Shown one piece after another: positions 1 through 8,416 of a DNA stretch of 20,000 bases. Numbering within the stretch: the first letter of the stretch is position 1; each line of letters begins with the position of its first letter. Source of the DNA: an uncultured virus (IMG/VR IMGVR_UViG_3300047094_001085) (lineage: Duplodnaviria > Heunggongvirae > Uroviricota > Caudoviricetes); the IMG/VR virus record IMGVR_UViG_3300047094_001085, one strand, 5' to 3'. A program made the translations under genes and the position numbers. Below the pieces are notes generated by a model. It searched no databases. It was not told the DNA's origin and was given only the letters and a program-made list of their open reading frames with translations.

Positions 1-641
1 TGGGAAACCTTTTCTTTGTGAGATGGAAATAAATTAATTATTTCTTCACTTTCTAATGGTTCTGTAAATAAGTTAAATATAACTTCGTTAGGGTGTTTTT
101 CACCATAAAAACTTATATCATCCACTAAATCATTTAAATTATACCATTGAAATGATGAATTTTTATTAATCATATGAATATTATTATTGTTCAATAAATC
201 ATATAATATGTTTTTTTTGATATTTTTACTGAATAAAGCTGGTAATCTAAAAATTTTTACATTCTCGTAGTTTAAATGTTTAATCACCATTTTTTCAAAA
301 AGATATCTATTTGAACCATAAGAAAAATCTTTAAATATTGGTTCAAAATCTTCATTAACACCTACAGGTGAATTCCCATATACATCAATCGTAGATATTA
401 CGTACACGTTTTTATATTTAACACGCCCAATTAATTTAATAATATCGACGACAGTTTCAATATCTGTTTTAGTATCTTTGTTAATTAACCATTTCGTTGA
501 CGGTAAACAAGATAAATACAATTCACATCCATCAGGTGGTGAATAGTCATTAATTGACTTTGAATTATACTCAAAATCAAAATTTATACTTTCTTTTAAA
601 GTTTGTCCTACTAAACCGGTGTTTCCTATTAATATTTTCAT
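1..641 (-). CDS. Extended SDR / NAD-dependent epimerase-dehydratase family protein (3' end runs off the window; absent from the ORF track)
   Basis: Manual translation from ATG at 641, which overlaps the upstream TGA as ATGA: MKILIGNTGLVGQTLKES...VISTIDVY...YGSNRYLFE...IFRLPALF...NSSFQWYNL. Shows a GxxGxxG Rossmann motif, an IST-DVY strand, a YxxxR active-site variant and the RLP motif. No stop before position 1. Confidence 0.85.
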   Translation of the reverse strand, partial: MKILIGNTGLVGQTLKESINFDFEYNSKSINDYSPPDGCELYLSCLPSTKWLINKDTKTDIETVVDIIKLIGRVKYKNVYVISTIDVYGNSPVGVNEDFEPIFKDFSYGSNRYLFEKMVIKHLNYENVKIFRLPALFSKNIKKNILYDLLNNNNIHMINKNSSFQWYNLNDLVDDISFYGEKHPNEVIFNLFTEPLESEEIINLFPSHKEKVS

Positions 642-1684
642 CGAACTAAGTTTAATTTTATATCTTTTGATTGAACTAACATATAATCTTTTAATTGAAA
701 TTGTAATAATCTTTCAGGGTACGAGCAATAGTAATAATACAACGAATCTACGTGACCTTCATGACCTTTTAAATTATAGTTCCCTTGTTCATGAAAAATA
801 TTTTTAGGAACTTTTTTAAATTGTTTTAAATTTTCATTAAAAAATGAATCATTTAGTTTATCATAATTATTATATAATTCACAATATTGTTTCATTGAAG
901 ATTTACTTCCGTAAGCAAATAAATCACATATAACATTTGTGTGTTGAAAAATATGAACTATCTTTCTATTGTGAGTATAATACAAACTGTCACACGCCCA
1001 ACAAGATGTTCCATAGTCCATGTGAGTATGTTGATTGTCGTGATTAGGTGTGAAAATAATATCGTGAGTTTTTATATCTGAGATTGTTTTATCCGTTAAA
1101 TTAAATGCTGTCATATCACAATCAAATCTAATTTTTAAAACCACATCATATTCGATATTATTTTCTATCGAATATTCTTCCATTAATTTATACGATTTAT
1201 TAATGGAATATAATTGTGATTTAATAAAAATTTCCGGAGAAGAAAAATTAAAATAGTTATCTCTAATTTCTTGGGATTCAATCCATTCTTTATTATTTTC
1301 TATCTCATATTTTTTCACATTAGTAAATTTGTTTATTTCAGAGATTACTGATGTTGGAACAGATAAATCGTTTAATAATGTTTCATTACCTTTTAATCCA
1401 ATATTGTCCCATGTGTGTATAAACACATGATAATTTTCATTATTACAAAATTGGGTAATACCTTTTAACACTGAATTTTTTCTAATATGCCCACTTAATA
1501 AAATTGCAATTTTTAAATTACCACTATTAGTATTTTTTGCAGGTAGATTCAAATACTCACTACAATTTAATATTTCATTTTCTAAATGTTCTACAGTTTT
1601 ATTACCATGTACAATTAATTCATAGTTTGTAAAATTTCTATTTAAATACTTGTTAAATAGATATGATAGTTCTTCATTACTCAT
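638..1684 (-). CDS. Putative glycosyltransferase-like protein (KIAxxxSGxxR...YDxVxxxRFD family) with a short N-terminal helical extension
   Basis: Motifs KIAILLSGHIR, VFIHTWD, SQLYSI, YDVVLKIRFD, DLFAYGS and PERLL match an uncharacterised family common in polysaccharide loci and large viruses. The function is inferred. Confidence 0.55.
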   Translation of the reverse strand: MSNEELSYLFNKYLNRNFTNYELIVHGNKTVEHLENEILNCSEYLNLPAKNTNSGNLKIAILLSGHIRKNSVLKGITQFCNNENYHVFIHTWDNIGLKGNETLLNDLSVPTSVISEINKFTNVKKYEIENNKEWIESQEIRDNYFNFSSPEIFIKSQLYSINKSYKLMEEYSIENNIEYDVVLKIRFDCDMTAFNLTDKTISDIKTHDIIFTPNHDNQHTHMDYGTSCWACDSLYYTHNRKIVHIFQHTNVICDLFAYGSKSSMKQYCELYNNYDKLNDSFFNENLKQFKKVPKNIFHEQGNYNLKGHEGHVDSLYYYYCSYPERLLQFQLKDYMLVQSKDIKLNLVR

Positions 1685-2663
1685 TCTTAATTATGTTTAA
1701 AATATAATCTTCAATAATATAAATTCCTTGTATTTTTCCGGTGAAACAGGAAATAATATTATTTGTTTGTTTTATTACCGGATATCGACTATCCGATTCG
1801 TCATTTACTTTACTTTTTATTGATAAAAAATATGAATCATATTTAAAATACTCATTAAATTCAGGCATGAATATTTTAACTCTATCTTCAAATTCTGTTA
1901 TTTTATTTAATATAAACTCATTAGTTATTATTGTTTTATAATCATCAATCTCTTCAATAGTTGAAAATCTTTTTAGTGGTGTTAATTTAACATCTGTCAA
2001 TGTGAATTTATTTTCCTTATAAGGATAAATAGAAAATAGTTCACCATCAACAAATGTAACAGAATCAAAGTCAGTTGATTTGATTTTATCGTAAATTAAT
2101 GTGATTGTTAATTCATAAAAAAAATCATTATCTATCAGACCCATAAAATTATTTGTAGCGTCAATAACTAAATCAGAATTTTTTGATAGTTCTACTAACT
2201 TTACTTTATCAACTGTTTCATACTTAATTAAGCCGTTTAGTTCTTTTTCAAAATGAGTTTTAATTTTTTGAAAATTAATATGTTTTTCGTTTGTCAACAA
2301 ACAACCTTCGGTGTTTTTAAAATTATGTTCAATTAAATCTGAAGGATACTCTTCAAAAATTTTTAAATAAGTATTCAAATCCATCAAGGATAATTTTTTA
2401 GGGACACAGTAAAAGTTTTTATCTATGTCTGTAACACAAAAACCATAATCATGTATAAACCTATAAAAGGTTGTTTTACATAAGTTTCTGGTTTCAAAGT
2501 TTCTGGCGTAATGATATCCGTAATGTAATCTATTTTGATTATTATATGAAGTTCCAATAAATATTTCGTCAGTTTTTTCGTATAATGTTACGTTATGGTT
2601 TTTTTTTAATACATTTGCTAAATGACACCCAACCCATCCTGTTCCAATAATTGATATATTCAT
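1677..2663 (-). CDS. FAD-dependent oxidoreductase (DAO-like)
   Basis: N-terminal IIGTGWVG (GxGxxG), VTLYEK, GTSYNNQNRLHYGYHY, D-x-VIDAT and C-terminal FTGKI. Confidence 0.85.
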   Translation of the reverse strand: MNISIIGTGWVGCHLANVLKKNHNVTLYEKTDEIFIGTSYNNQNRLHYGYHYARNFETRNLCKTTFYRFIHDYGFCVTDIDKNFYCVPKKLSLMDLNTYLKIFEEYPSDLIEHNFKNTEGCLLTNEKHINFQKIKTHFEKELNGLIKYETVDKVKLVELSKNSDLVIDATNNFMGLIDNDFFYELTITLIYDKIKSTDFDSVTFVDGELFSIYPYKENKFTLTDVKLTPLKRFSTIEEIDDYKTIITNEFILNKITEFEDRVKIFMPEFNEYFKYDSYFLSIKSKVNDESDSRYPVIKQTNNIISCFTGKIQGIYIIEDYILNIIKNE

Positions 2664-2664
2664 T

Positions 2665-3225
2665 TTAATTATGTACGGTTAATATTTTGTTTATTTTTTT
2701 TGTTCTAATGTTAGGGTATTTCATACATTCTTCAACAAATATTCCGTCACAGTATTGTGATTCGGGTTGATTGATTCCCACTTTTTTTGCTATATCAGTT
2801 CTTAAAACAAATGAGCCCCAATCAATTCTACATTTAATTGGTATAGAATCCAATACATTATAATTAAAGTGATTATGAATACAATTGAACATAACCATAT
2901 CACAATCAATTAAATTAGACATTAATTCACTCACAGTATTAGGTGTGTAGTAATCTTGAATAGATGTTTGTATTACAAATTCAGTGTCTATTAACTCTAA
3001 AGTTTTTTTTCTATTGTAGTGACCCCAAAAAGATGTAGGGGTTTCATTATTAATAATTGTTATTTTATCGGAATTAAAGAATTTAACACATTCTTCAATA
3101 TATTCATTTTTTTCATCACAATGAATTATACATTTCCAATTAGAGTTTTTTTGTAACATTAGGGAACTTATAAATTGATAAGAATCTACAGTTTCTTTGT
3201 ATGCGGTGGCTAAAAAAGTTATCAT
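2665..3225 (-). CDS. Small GT-A fold (GT2-like) glycosyltransferase
   Basis: Q-x-x-x-NWKCIIHCD, WGHYNR, QTSIQDYY at the DxD-equivalent position, IDWGSFVLR, CDGIFVE and C-terminal LTVHN. Confidence 0.7.
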   Translation of the reverse strand: MITFLATAYKETVDSYQFISSLMLQKNSNWKCIIHCDEKNEYIEECVKFFNSDKITIINNETPTSFWGHYNRKKTLELIDTEFVIQTSIQDYYTPNTVSELMSNLIDCDMVMFNCIHNHFNYNVLDSIPIKCRIDWGSFVLRTDIAKKVGINQPESQYCDGIFVEECMKYPNIRTKKINKILTVHN

Positions 3226-4733
3226 TATTTTACTATCTTAATATGTGTTTTTAATTTATCATAATTATTAATAACAAATGGTTTTAATATGTTGTTATAA
3301 TCTTCAAATTGTTTTTTAGATTTTTCTTCATCATTATTTCTTGTTTGACTTTCATAATGATATGAAACTAAATTACTATTACAGTAATTATCTAAACCTA
3401 ACATCAAACATTTCAAATTTAATTCAACATCTTCAAAACAAGTTGAGTATTTTTCATTGAAATATTCACATTTTATAAATACATCCTTTTTAATTATTAG
3501 TAACGCAGCTGTTGAACCAATAATCTTTCTATTAGTATTTGAAAAATTATAGTAACTATTTAGTCCGTGGTGTGAGATTAATAAATTTTGTTTACTGTCT
3601 AATAAACATATTACACCGTCGTGTTGTATTGTTTTATCTTCAAAATGTAATCTACATCCAACCGTGCCAACTTTAGGTGTTGTTTTAAAAATATTTAACA
3701 TTCCATAAATTACATTATTCAATAATTTGATATCGTTATTACAGAATAATAAAAATTCGTATTTGTCTGTCACGTGATTTTTAACAACATCATTATTAAT
3801 CTTTGCAAAATTATAATAATCATATTCAATTAACTTTATATTATTATAATCTTTTATATAACTTTTTAATGTTTCTTTTTCATCATCCGTTGAACCGGTG
3901 TCGGCAATAAAAATGTCAAATAATTCAGGGTTACAATGATTGTAAAATGAATCGACACATTCTTTCAACATTTCAATATTCCCTTTGGTTGGAATGATAA
4001 CGGCTACTTTACCAATATTTTTAATTGGTTTTTCTTTTATTTCCGGAATGTAAATTTTTTCAGGTTTTAAATCTAATGGTAAAACGTGTTTCCATTTCTC
4101 CACAAACTTTTCTTTTGTTTCGTAAAATTCTTGGTTAGGTTTACCAACCGATTGATGTGTAATTTCAAAAGATGATGTAACACCAATCTTAACTCCGTCT
4201 AAATAATTTGGTAAACAAAATAAATGGTCATAAAAGTGGAATCTTCCAATACTTTCATCAAACGTATGTTTTATTTTTGTCTTATTAAATGATAGGAATA
4301 AACCGTCTATAGAAACTACGGGAATAATTACTGGTAATTTTGGTGAATACTTACTTAACCACTTATCTTTATCAGGTTGATGGTAAACTTGTCCCACCAT
4401 TGTTTGTTGCATTTTTTCCCAAAACACACCTGATTCAGGAAAGTATGATGTACCGGCTTTTCCAATAATACCATATTCCGGATTATCGGAGTAATCTTTT
4501 AAAAGTTTTTTACCCCACCCATTTTCTAATTTAATATCATTATGGCAACAAACAACAATATCAAAATTTGAATGAGAAATACCTTTGTTGTAAATCTCAC
4601 TCAAACTAAATTCGTTATTGTTTTTATATTCTAAAATTTGAACATCTTTTAGACCAACAGTTTGTAACAAATGTTGTTTAAATTTGTTATTAAATTGTTC
4701 ATCTTTATGTGTTGAATATATTACTGTTATCAT
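3225..4733 (-). CDS. Two-domain glycosyltransferase: N-terminal StrF-like GT-A domain plus C-terminal GT2 domain
   Basis: Domain 1: SLSEIYNKG, VCCHNDI, GIIGKAG, SIDGLFL, FHFYD. Domain 2: VAVIIPTK, IADTGSTD, YNFAKINN, LLFCNNDI, VGTVGCRL, IQHDGV, TAALLII, FEDVELNLK, HYESQTR. Confidence 0.9.
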   Translation of the reverse strand: MITVIYSTHKDEQFNNKFKQHLLQTVGLKDVQILEYKNNNEFSLSEIYNKGISHSNFDIVVCCHNDIKLENGWGKKLLKDYSDNPEYGIIGKAGTSYFPESGVFWEKMQQTMVGQVYHQPDKDKWLSKYSPKLPVIIPVVSIDGLFLSFNKTKIKHTFDESIGRFHFYDHLFCLPNYLDGVKIGVTSSFEITHQSVGKPNQEFYETKEKFVEKWKHVLPLDLKPEKIYIPEIKEKPIKNIGKVAVIIPTKGNIEMLKECVDSFYNHCNPELFDIFIADTGSTDDEKETLKSYIKDYNNIKLIEYDYYNFAKINNDVVKNHVTDKYEFLLFCNNDIKLLNNVIYGMLNIFKTTPKVGTVGCRLHFEDKTIQHDGVICLLDSKQNLLISHHGLNSYYNFSNTNRKIIGSTAALLIIKKDVFIKCEYFNEKYSTCFEDVELNLKCLMLGLDNYCNSNLVSYHYESQTRNNDEEKSKKQFEDYNNILKPFVINNYDKLKTHIKIVK

Positions 4734-5329
4734 ACCAATCCTGTCGAACCAAATCCGTTACTACCTCTTTCTTTATCAATTACTTCTTCTCTTTGGTCCA
4801 AATGAACCCAACCCCCATTTACAACGGGACACAATACCGCTTGACCAAATTTCATACCTTTATGGATAGTTACGGGGTGATTGTTGGTGTTAAAAATAAT
4901 TCCCTTAACTTCTCCGGTATAACCATTATCAACAGTCCCCGGTGAGTTTAAAACCATAAGTCCTTGATTGATTGCCAATCCACTTTTAGTTCTAACTTGT
5001 ATTTCATAACCATCTTTAATATCGAATGATAATCCACTTGGAACTAATGCTCTACCAAAAGGTTCAATTGTAACCTCTTCTACGGAGTGTAAGTCAAAAC
5101 CTGAATCACTATCGTAATTATATTTTGGAGTTACTGCGTCAGGATGAATTTTTACAAACCCTAATGGTAGTTTAGTTCTTGAATTCATCATATCATCCTC
5201 AAGTTGTTTTAAGTCAAGTCCAAATTCTCCCATTATTTCTTCATAGGATAGTTCATCCAAATCAATGTTGGCCATTCGTTTTAATTCTTCGGCCTTATTT
5301 TTTAAGAAATCTAAATCTTCGTTTAACAT
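4730..5329 (-). CDS. dut: Trimeric dUTPase with an acidic N-terminal extension of about 50 aa
   Basis: All five motifs are present: SGFDL, RTKSGL, GTVDNGYTGE, KFGQAV and RGSNGFGSTG. Confidence 0.96.
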   Translation of the reverse strand: MLNEDLDFLKNKAEELKRMANIDLDELSYEEIMGEFGLDLKQLEDDMMNSRTKLPLGFVKIHPDAVTPKYNYDSDSGFDLHSVEEVTIEPFGRALVPSGLSFDIKDGYEIQVRTKSGLAINQGLMVLNSPGTVDNGYTGEVKGIIFNTNNHPVTIHKGMKFGQAVLCPVVNGGWVHLDQREEVIDKERGSNGFGSTGLV

Positions 5330-6039
5330 TATTCTAAATTTTTTAATTTTTTTATTAAATCAATCAATACTAACACATCACGTTCACAGTATGCAGATAT
5401 CTCTTCTAACATATTTTTATTCCAATATGCGTCGTGTACTTTATCTCCGGTAACATCACCTTCTTTTGGGGAAGGGACTTCCATTGAAGTACACATTAAA
5501 TCCAATGAACCAATTGCGGTATATGCTCCGTATTGCCAAATTTCTCTGGTATCAATAGCTTTTACTTCCCACGGTTTTGTATCATAAGATGGTAGAATCG
5601 ATGGGGGTAATAATCCGTTGATTATCATTCTTTTTGCTGTCATTGGAATATCAAAGTTTTTTAAATTGTGACCACATAGGAAAAAATCTAATTTTCCGCA
5701 ACGTTCTAATAAATTTTGACATTCTTTTAATAATACTTTCTCATCATCACCTGAAAACGTTTGTTTTTTAATCTCACCATTTTCCATTACAAAGGCAACA
5801 CTCATACAAACAATTTTTGCGAATTCAGGAACTAATGCGGTTCTTGTTGCAAATACGTGATTTTTTTGGTTTACTTCAATTTCCTTATCTTCAGGAAAAC
5901 GTTTTAAGAACCAATCGTAATATTTGTCAAATTGTTTCGATAATTCAGGTCTTTTTTCTAAACAAGTGTCGTAATCTTTTTCAATTCCAACTGTTTCAAT
6001 ATCTAAAAATAATATTTTGGTTAATGGTATTTTAATCAT
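5329..6039 (-). CDS. Stand-alone DnaQ/DEDDy 3'-5' exonuclease (PolB-exonuclease related)
   Basis: ExoI LFLDIETV, ExoII GHNLKNFD and ExoIII YCERDV. KPWEV..DT..W and PSPK...G..V segments are as in Bacteroidota homologues I recall. Confidence 0.9.
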   Translation of the reverse strand: MIKIPLTKILFLDIETVGIEKDYDTCLEKRPELSKQFDKYYDWFLKRFPEDKEIEVNQKNHVFATRTALVPEFAKIVCMSVAFVMENGEIKKQTFSGDDEKVLLKECQNLLERCGKLDFFLCGHNLKNFDIPMTAKRMIINGLLPPSILPSYDTKPWEVKAIDTREIWQYGAYTAIGSLDLMCTSMEVPSPKEGDVTGDKVHDAYWNKNMLEEISAYCERDVLVLIDLIKKLKNLE

Positions 6040-6487
6040 TTGATTCTAAATTTTTTATAATGTCCGGATTTTGTTTGATTGTTTGTTTTGTAATTAAATC
6101 TTTAATTTTGGTTGTTGACCAATTGTGAGACCTTGTTGTGTAAATTACTTTGATTGGTAAATGGTCACCGGTAAATCTTTTACCGATGTAATCATCCCCC
6201 AATATTCTAATATCAGGTTTGTAAAATTCCATTAATTGAATCAAATCTTCTTCAGTTTGATAAGTTACTACCTCATCAATGTATTTGATTGACATTAATG
6301 TTTTATATCGTTCATATAATGGAATTACAGGTTTATATTTTGTAAATCTAGTCTCTGAAGGGTCTCTCTGTAAAAAAACCATAAAATAGTCACAATGACG
6401 TTTAGCCTCTTCAAAGGTATAGATATAACCCGGGTGAAGTAAGTCAAAATTACCTGCGGTAAAACCAATTGTTTTTTTTGTATTCAT
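6032..6487 (-). CDS. Cytidylyltransferase-like nucleotidyltransferase (TagD / glycerol-3-phosphate cytidylyltransferase family)
   Basis: GNFDLLHPGY (HxGH variant), ERY..L.SIKYIDEV, LGDDY and RSHNWSTTKIK (RTxxxSTT motif). Confidence 0.88.
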   Translation of the reverse strand: MNTKKTIGFTAGNFDLLHPGYIYTFEEAKRHCDYFMVFLQRDPSETRFTKYKPVIPLYERYKTLMSIKYIDEVVTYQTEEDLIQLMEFYKPDIRILGDDYIGKRFTGDHLPIKVIYTTRSHNWSTTKIKDLITKQTIKQNPDIIKNLESND

Positions 6488-6489
6488 TT

Positions 6490-7710
6490 TTATTTAATTA
6501 AACTTTTGTAAAATTCTGCTCTTGTAACAGTAACATTATTAAGGTCATATTTGTCTTTTACTGTGTTATATAATCTCTCACCTAGTTCAGTTATCATTTC
6601 AGGATTTTGAACTAATTTTTTAATTGATTTTGACCAATCACTATGGTTTCTACTTTCAGGAATTAAAATAGCATTTCCATCGGCAGTAAATTCACCATTC
6701 TTTAAACAATGTTTTAAATCAATTGTGTATGGGCCAATTTCTGAAGCAATCAATGCTTTTTTATAGAACCCCGCCTCAATCACTTTTAATTGTGATTTCA
6801 TTCTGTTGAAGATGTGATTTTTAATTGGTGCCAAAGATATGTCAAATTTTGAATAATTCATAGCGTAAGAGTTAACAGGTTTTGTCCAAACTCTAACGTA
6901 AGGTAATTCTTTATCTGAAATATAGTTTTCATCTTTAAATTCCTTTAAAAATTTAATATAATTTTCATCTAACGTTTTATAATTGTTTGTAAAAATTCCC
7001 TCATAATTAACCCACACTGTTTCGTGAGGTAAAATATCTCTTTTCTTTTGTTCTCCGGTGGTTGGATTAATTTCAGTTACAGAACCTCTTGTATCGAACC
7101 CACAAATTACATATTGTAATTTATCGTTGATGTCTTGATTCTTTTGAACAAACGCGTCTAATAAACCTAAATCGTGTAAGTGAGATGAACCTCCTAACCA
7201 ACCAATTCTAATTTTATCAGATGGTGGTGTCACTTGATTAAATTGAGGTTCTTTAGGGTCGATTGCGTTTGGTAACACCAATACATTCTTATTGAGTTTA
7301 CGAATTTCATTTGCAAATATATCCGTTGTTGTTGTTACCCAATCAGCTTCTTTTAAGTTTGCAACAATTTTTTCGTGAATTTTGTTTTGTACAATAATAC
7401 TGTGGATTGGGTGGTCAACAGTAGGTAACCAATAATCATCAATATCAATAATAACAACTTTACCAATCGACTTTAAATACTTAATGATTGATGGTGTTTG
7501 GTCGTAATGACTACCGATGTTTCGGTGTACGTGAATAATTTGGTATTTGTCCCAATATTTAATATCGTTTATCTTAGGTTCGTAATCAATATCAACGTGA
7601 AAATCGTCAGGATATAAATTTTGTAAGAACACGTGAGGGTCAATAGACCTGAATTTACCAACTCCGGTTTTATCTGAAGGGAGTACTAAAACATTAATTT
7701 TTTCTTTCAT
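6490..7710 (-). CDS. GT-B fold (GT4-like) glycosyltransferase
   Basis: GVGKFR..P, DIDDYW, ADWVTTTT, VLPNAID, IGWLGGSSHLHDL and DISLAP....FNRMKSQLKVIEAG.....IAS...PY. Confidence 0.9.
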   Translation of the reverse strand: MKEKINVLVLPSDKTGVGKFRSIDPHVFLQNLYPDDFHVDIDYEPKINDIKYWDKYQIIHVHRNIGSHYDQTPSIIKYLKSIGKVVIIDIDDYWLPTVDHPIHSIIVQNKIHEKIVANLKEADWVTTTTDIFANEIRKLNKNVLVLPNAIDPKEPQFNQVTPPSDKIRIGWLGGSSHLHDLGLLDAFVQKNQDINDKLQYVICGFDTRGSVTEINPTTGEQKKRDILPHETVWVNYEGIFTNNYKTLDENYIKFLKEFKDENYISDKELPYVRVWTKPVNSYAMNYSKFDISLAPIKNHIFNRMKSQLKVIEAGFYKKALIASEIGPYTIDLKHCLKNGEFTADGNAILIPESRNHSDWSKSIKKLVQNPEMITELGERLYNTVKDKYDLNNVTVTRAEFYKSLIK

Positions 7711-7730
7711 AGTTTAATATTATAACAGAA

Positions 7731-7759
7731 AGTATAATTAAAGAGTGTTAGAATATCAA
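7731..7759 (-). promoter_or_regulatory. Sigma70-like promoter for the glycosyltransferase operon
   Basis: The minus strand reads TTGATA (7759-7754), a 17-nt spacer, then TATACT (7736-7731), 20 nt upstream of ATG 7710 and just downstream of a terminator. The AT-rich background lowers specificity. Confidence 0.6.
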
Positions 7760-7770
7760 CTATTAAGAAA

Positions 7771-7800
7771 TAAAAAACCCCCAAGTTTCCTTGAGGGTTT
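7771..7800 (-). terminator. Rho-independent terminator
   Basis: Minus-strand RNA AAACCCUCAAG-GAAA-CUUGGGGGUUUUUU: stem with one G-U pair, a GAAA tetraloop and a U tract, about 20 nt after the stop of 7822..8415. Confidence 0.85.
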
Positions 7801-7821
7801 AGTTTTTAGAGTAAATAAAGT

Positions 7822-8415
7822 TTAAGATATTTTTTTAATCTTAGTAACCTTACCCTCAAATATATGCTTTCCTACTTTAAAAGAAAATACTTCGTTTGAT
7901 TTTTGTGTTGATTCGGCTAAAATTCCGTTTTCTTGTAGTACTTCCTCTACAACTTCTTTTAACATATCTCTTAATTGTTTGTTATTGAAGTTAGATTGAG
8001 GTTGAGTTTGTTCTTGTACTTTTTGTTTTGGTTGACCTACTTGATTGCCTCTTGCGTCTGTGTTCATTAATCTTGCTGCTTTATCAATTAAGTCATTAGA
8101 TAGAGTTGGTCCACCCATACCTGCCGGCTGAGCTATTGGATGTTCAATCATCAATCGTTTAATCTCATCCGGTAATTTTGAAGCCATAACTCTATCTTGA
8201 GTCATTGGTTGGTTAACTTGTTGTACCGGTACTGAGGCTTCTTGTAACATATCTTGAGGTAAGTTATAAGTTGCCGGAGGAGCATTGTATGTTGCAACTT
8301 CAGGTGTACTATATGTGTCCATAGATGGTAGACCACCTCTTGGTGTTTGATTATGTTTTTCCATTATTTGTTTGGAAATCATAAGTTTTTGAATTAAATC
8401 ATTTTCGCTTGTCAT
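7822..8415 (-). CDS. Hypothetical protein (Q/P/M-rich, largely disordered, basic C-terminal beta hairpin)
   Basis: 197-aa ORF coupled to the upstream gene. C-terminus FKVGKHIFEGKVTKIKKIS. No family recognised. Confidence 0.75.
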   Translation of the reverse strand: MTSENDLIQKLMISKQIMEKHNQTPRGGLPSMDTYSTPEVATYNAPPATYNLPQDMLQEASVPVQQVNQPMTQDRVMASKLPDEIKRLMIEHPIAQPAGMGGPTLSNDLIDKAARLMNTDARGNQVGQPKQKVQEQTQPQSNFNNKQLRDMLKEVVEEVLQENGILAESTQKSNEVFSFKVGKHIFEGKVTKIKKIS

Positions 8416-8416
8416 A

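Noticed and set aside
1..7710. Bacterial chromosomal O-antigen/capsule locus or eukaryotic giant-virus origin
   Set aside because: No flippase, polymerase or other membrane proteins are present. Interleaved dUTPase and exonuclease, coupled operons, intrinsic terminators and the fibre genes fit a bacteriophage better. Not formally excluded, as no capsid or terminase gene is in the window.
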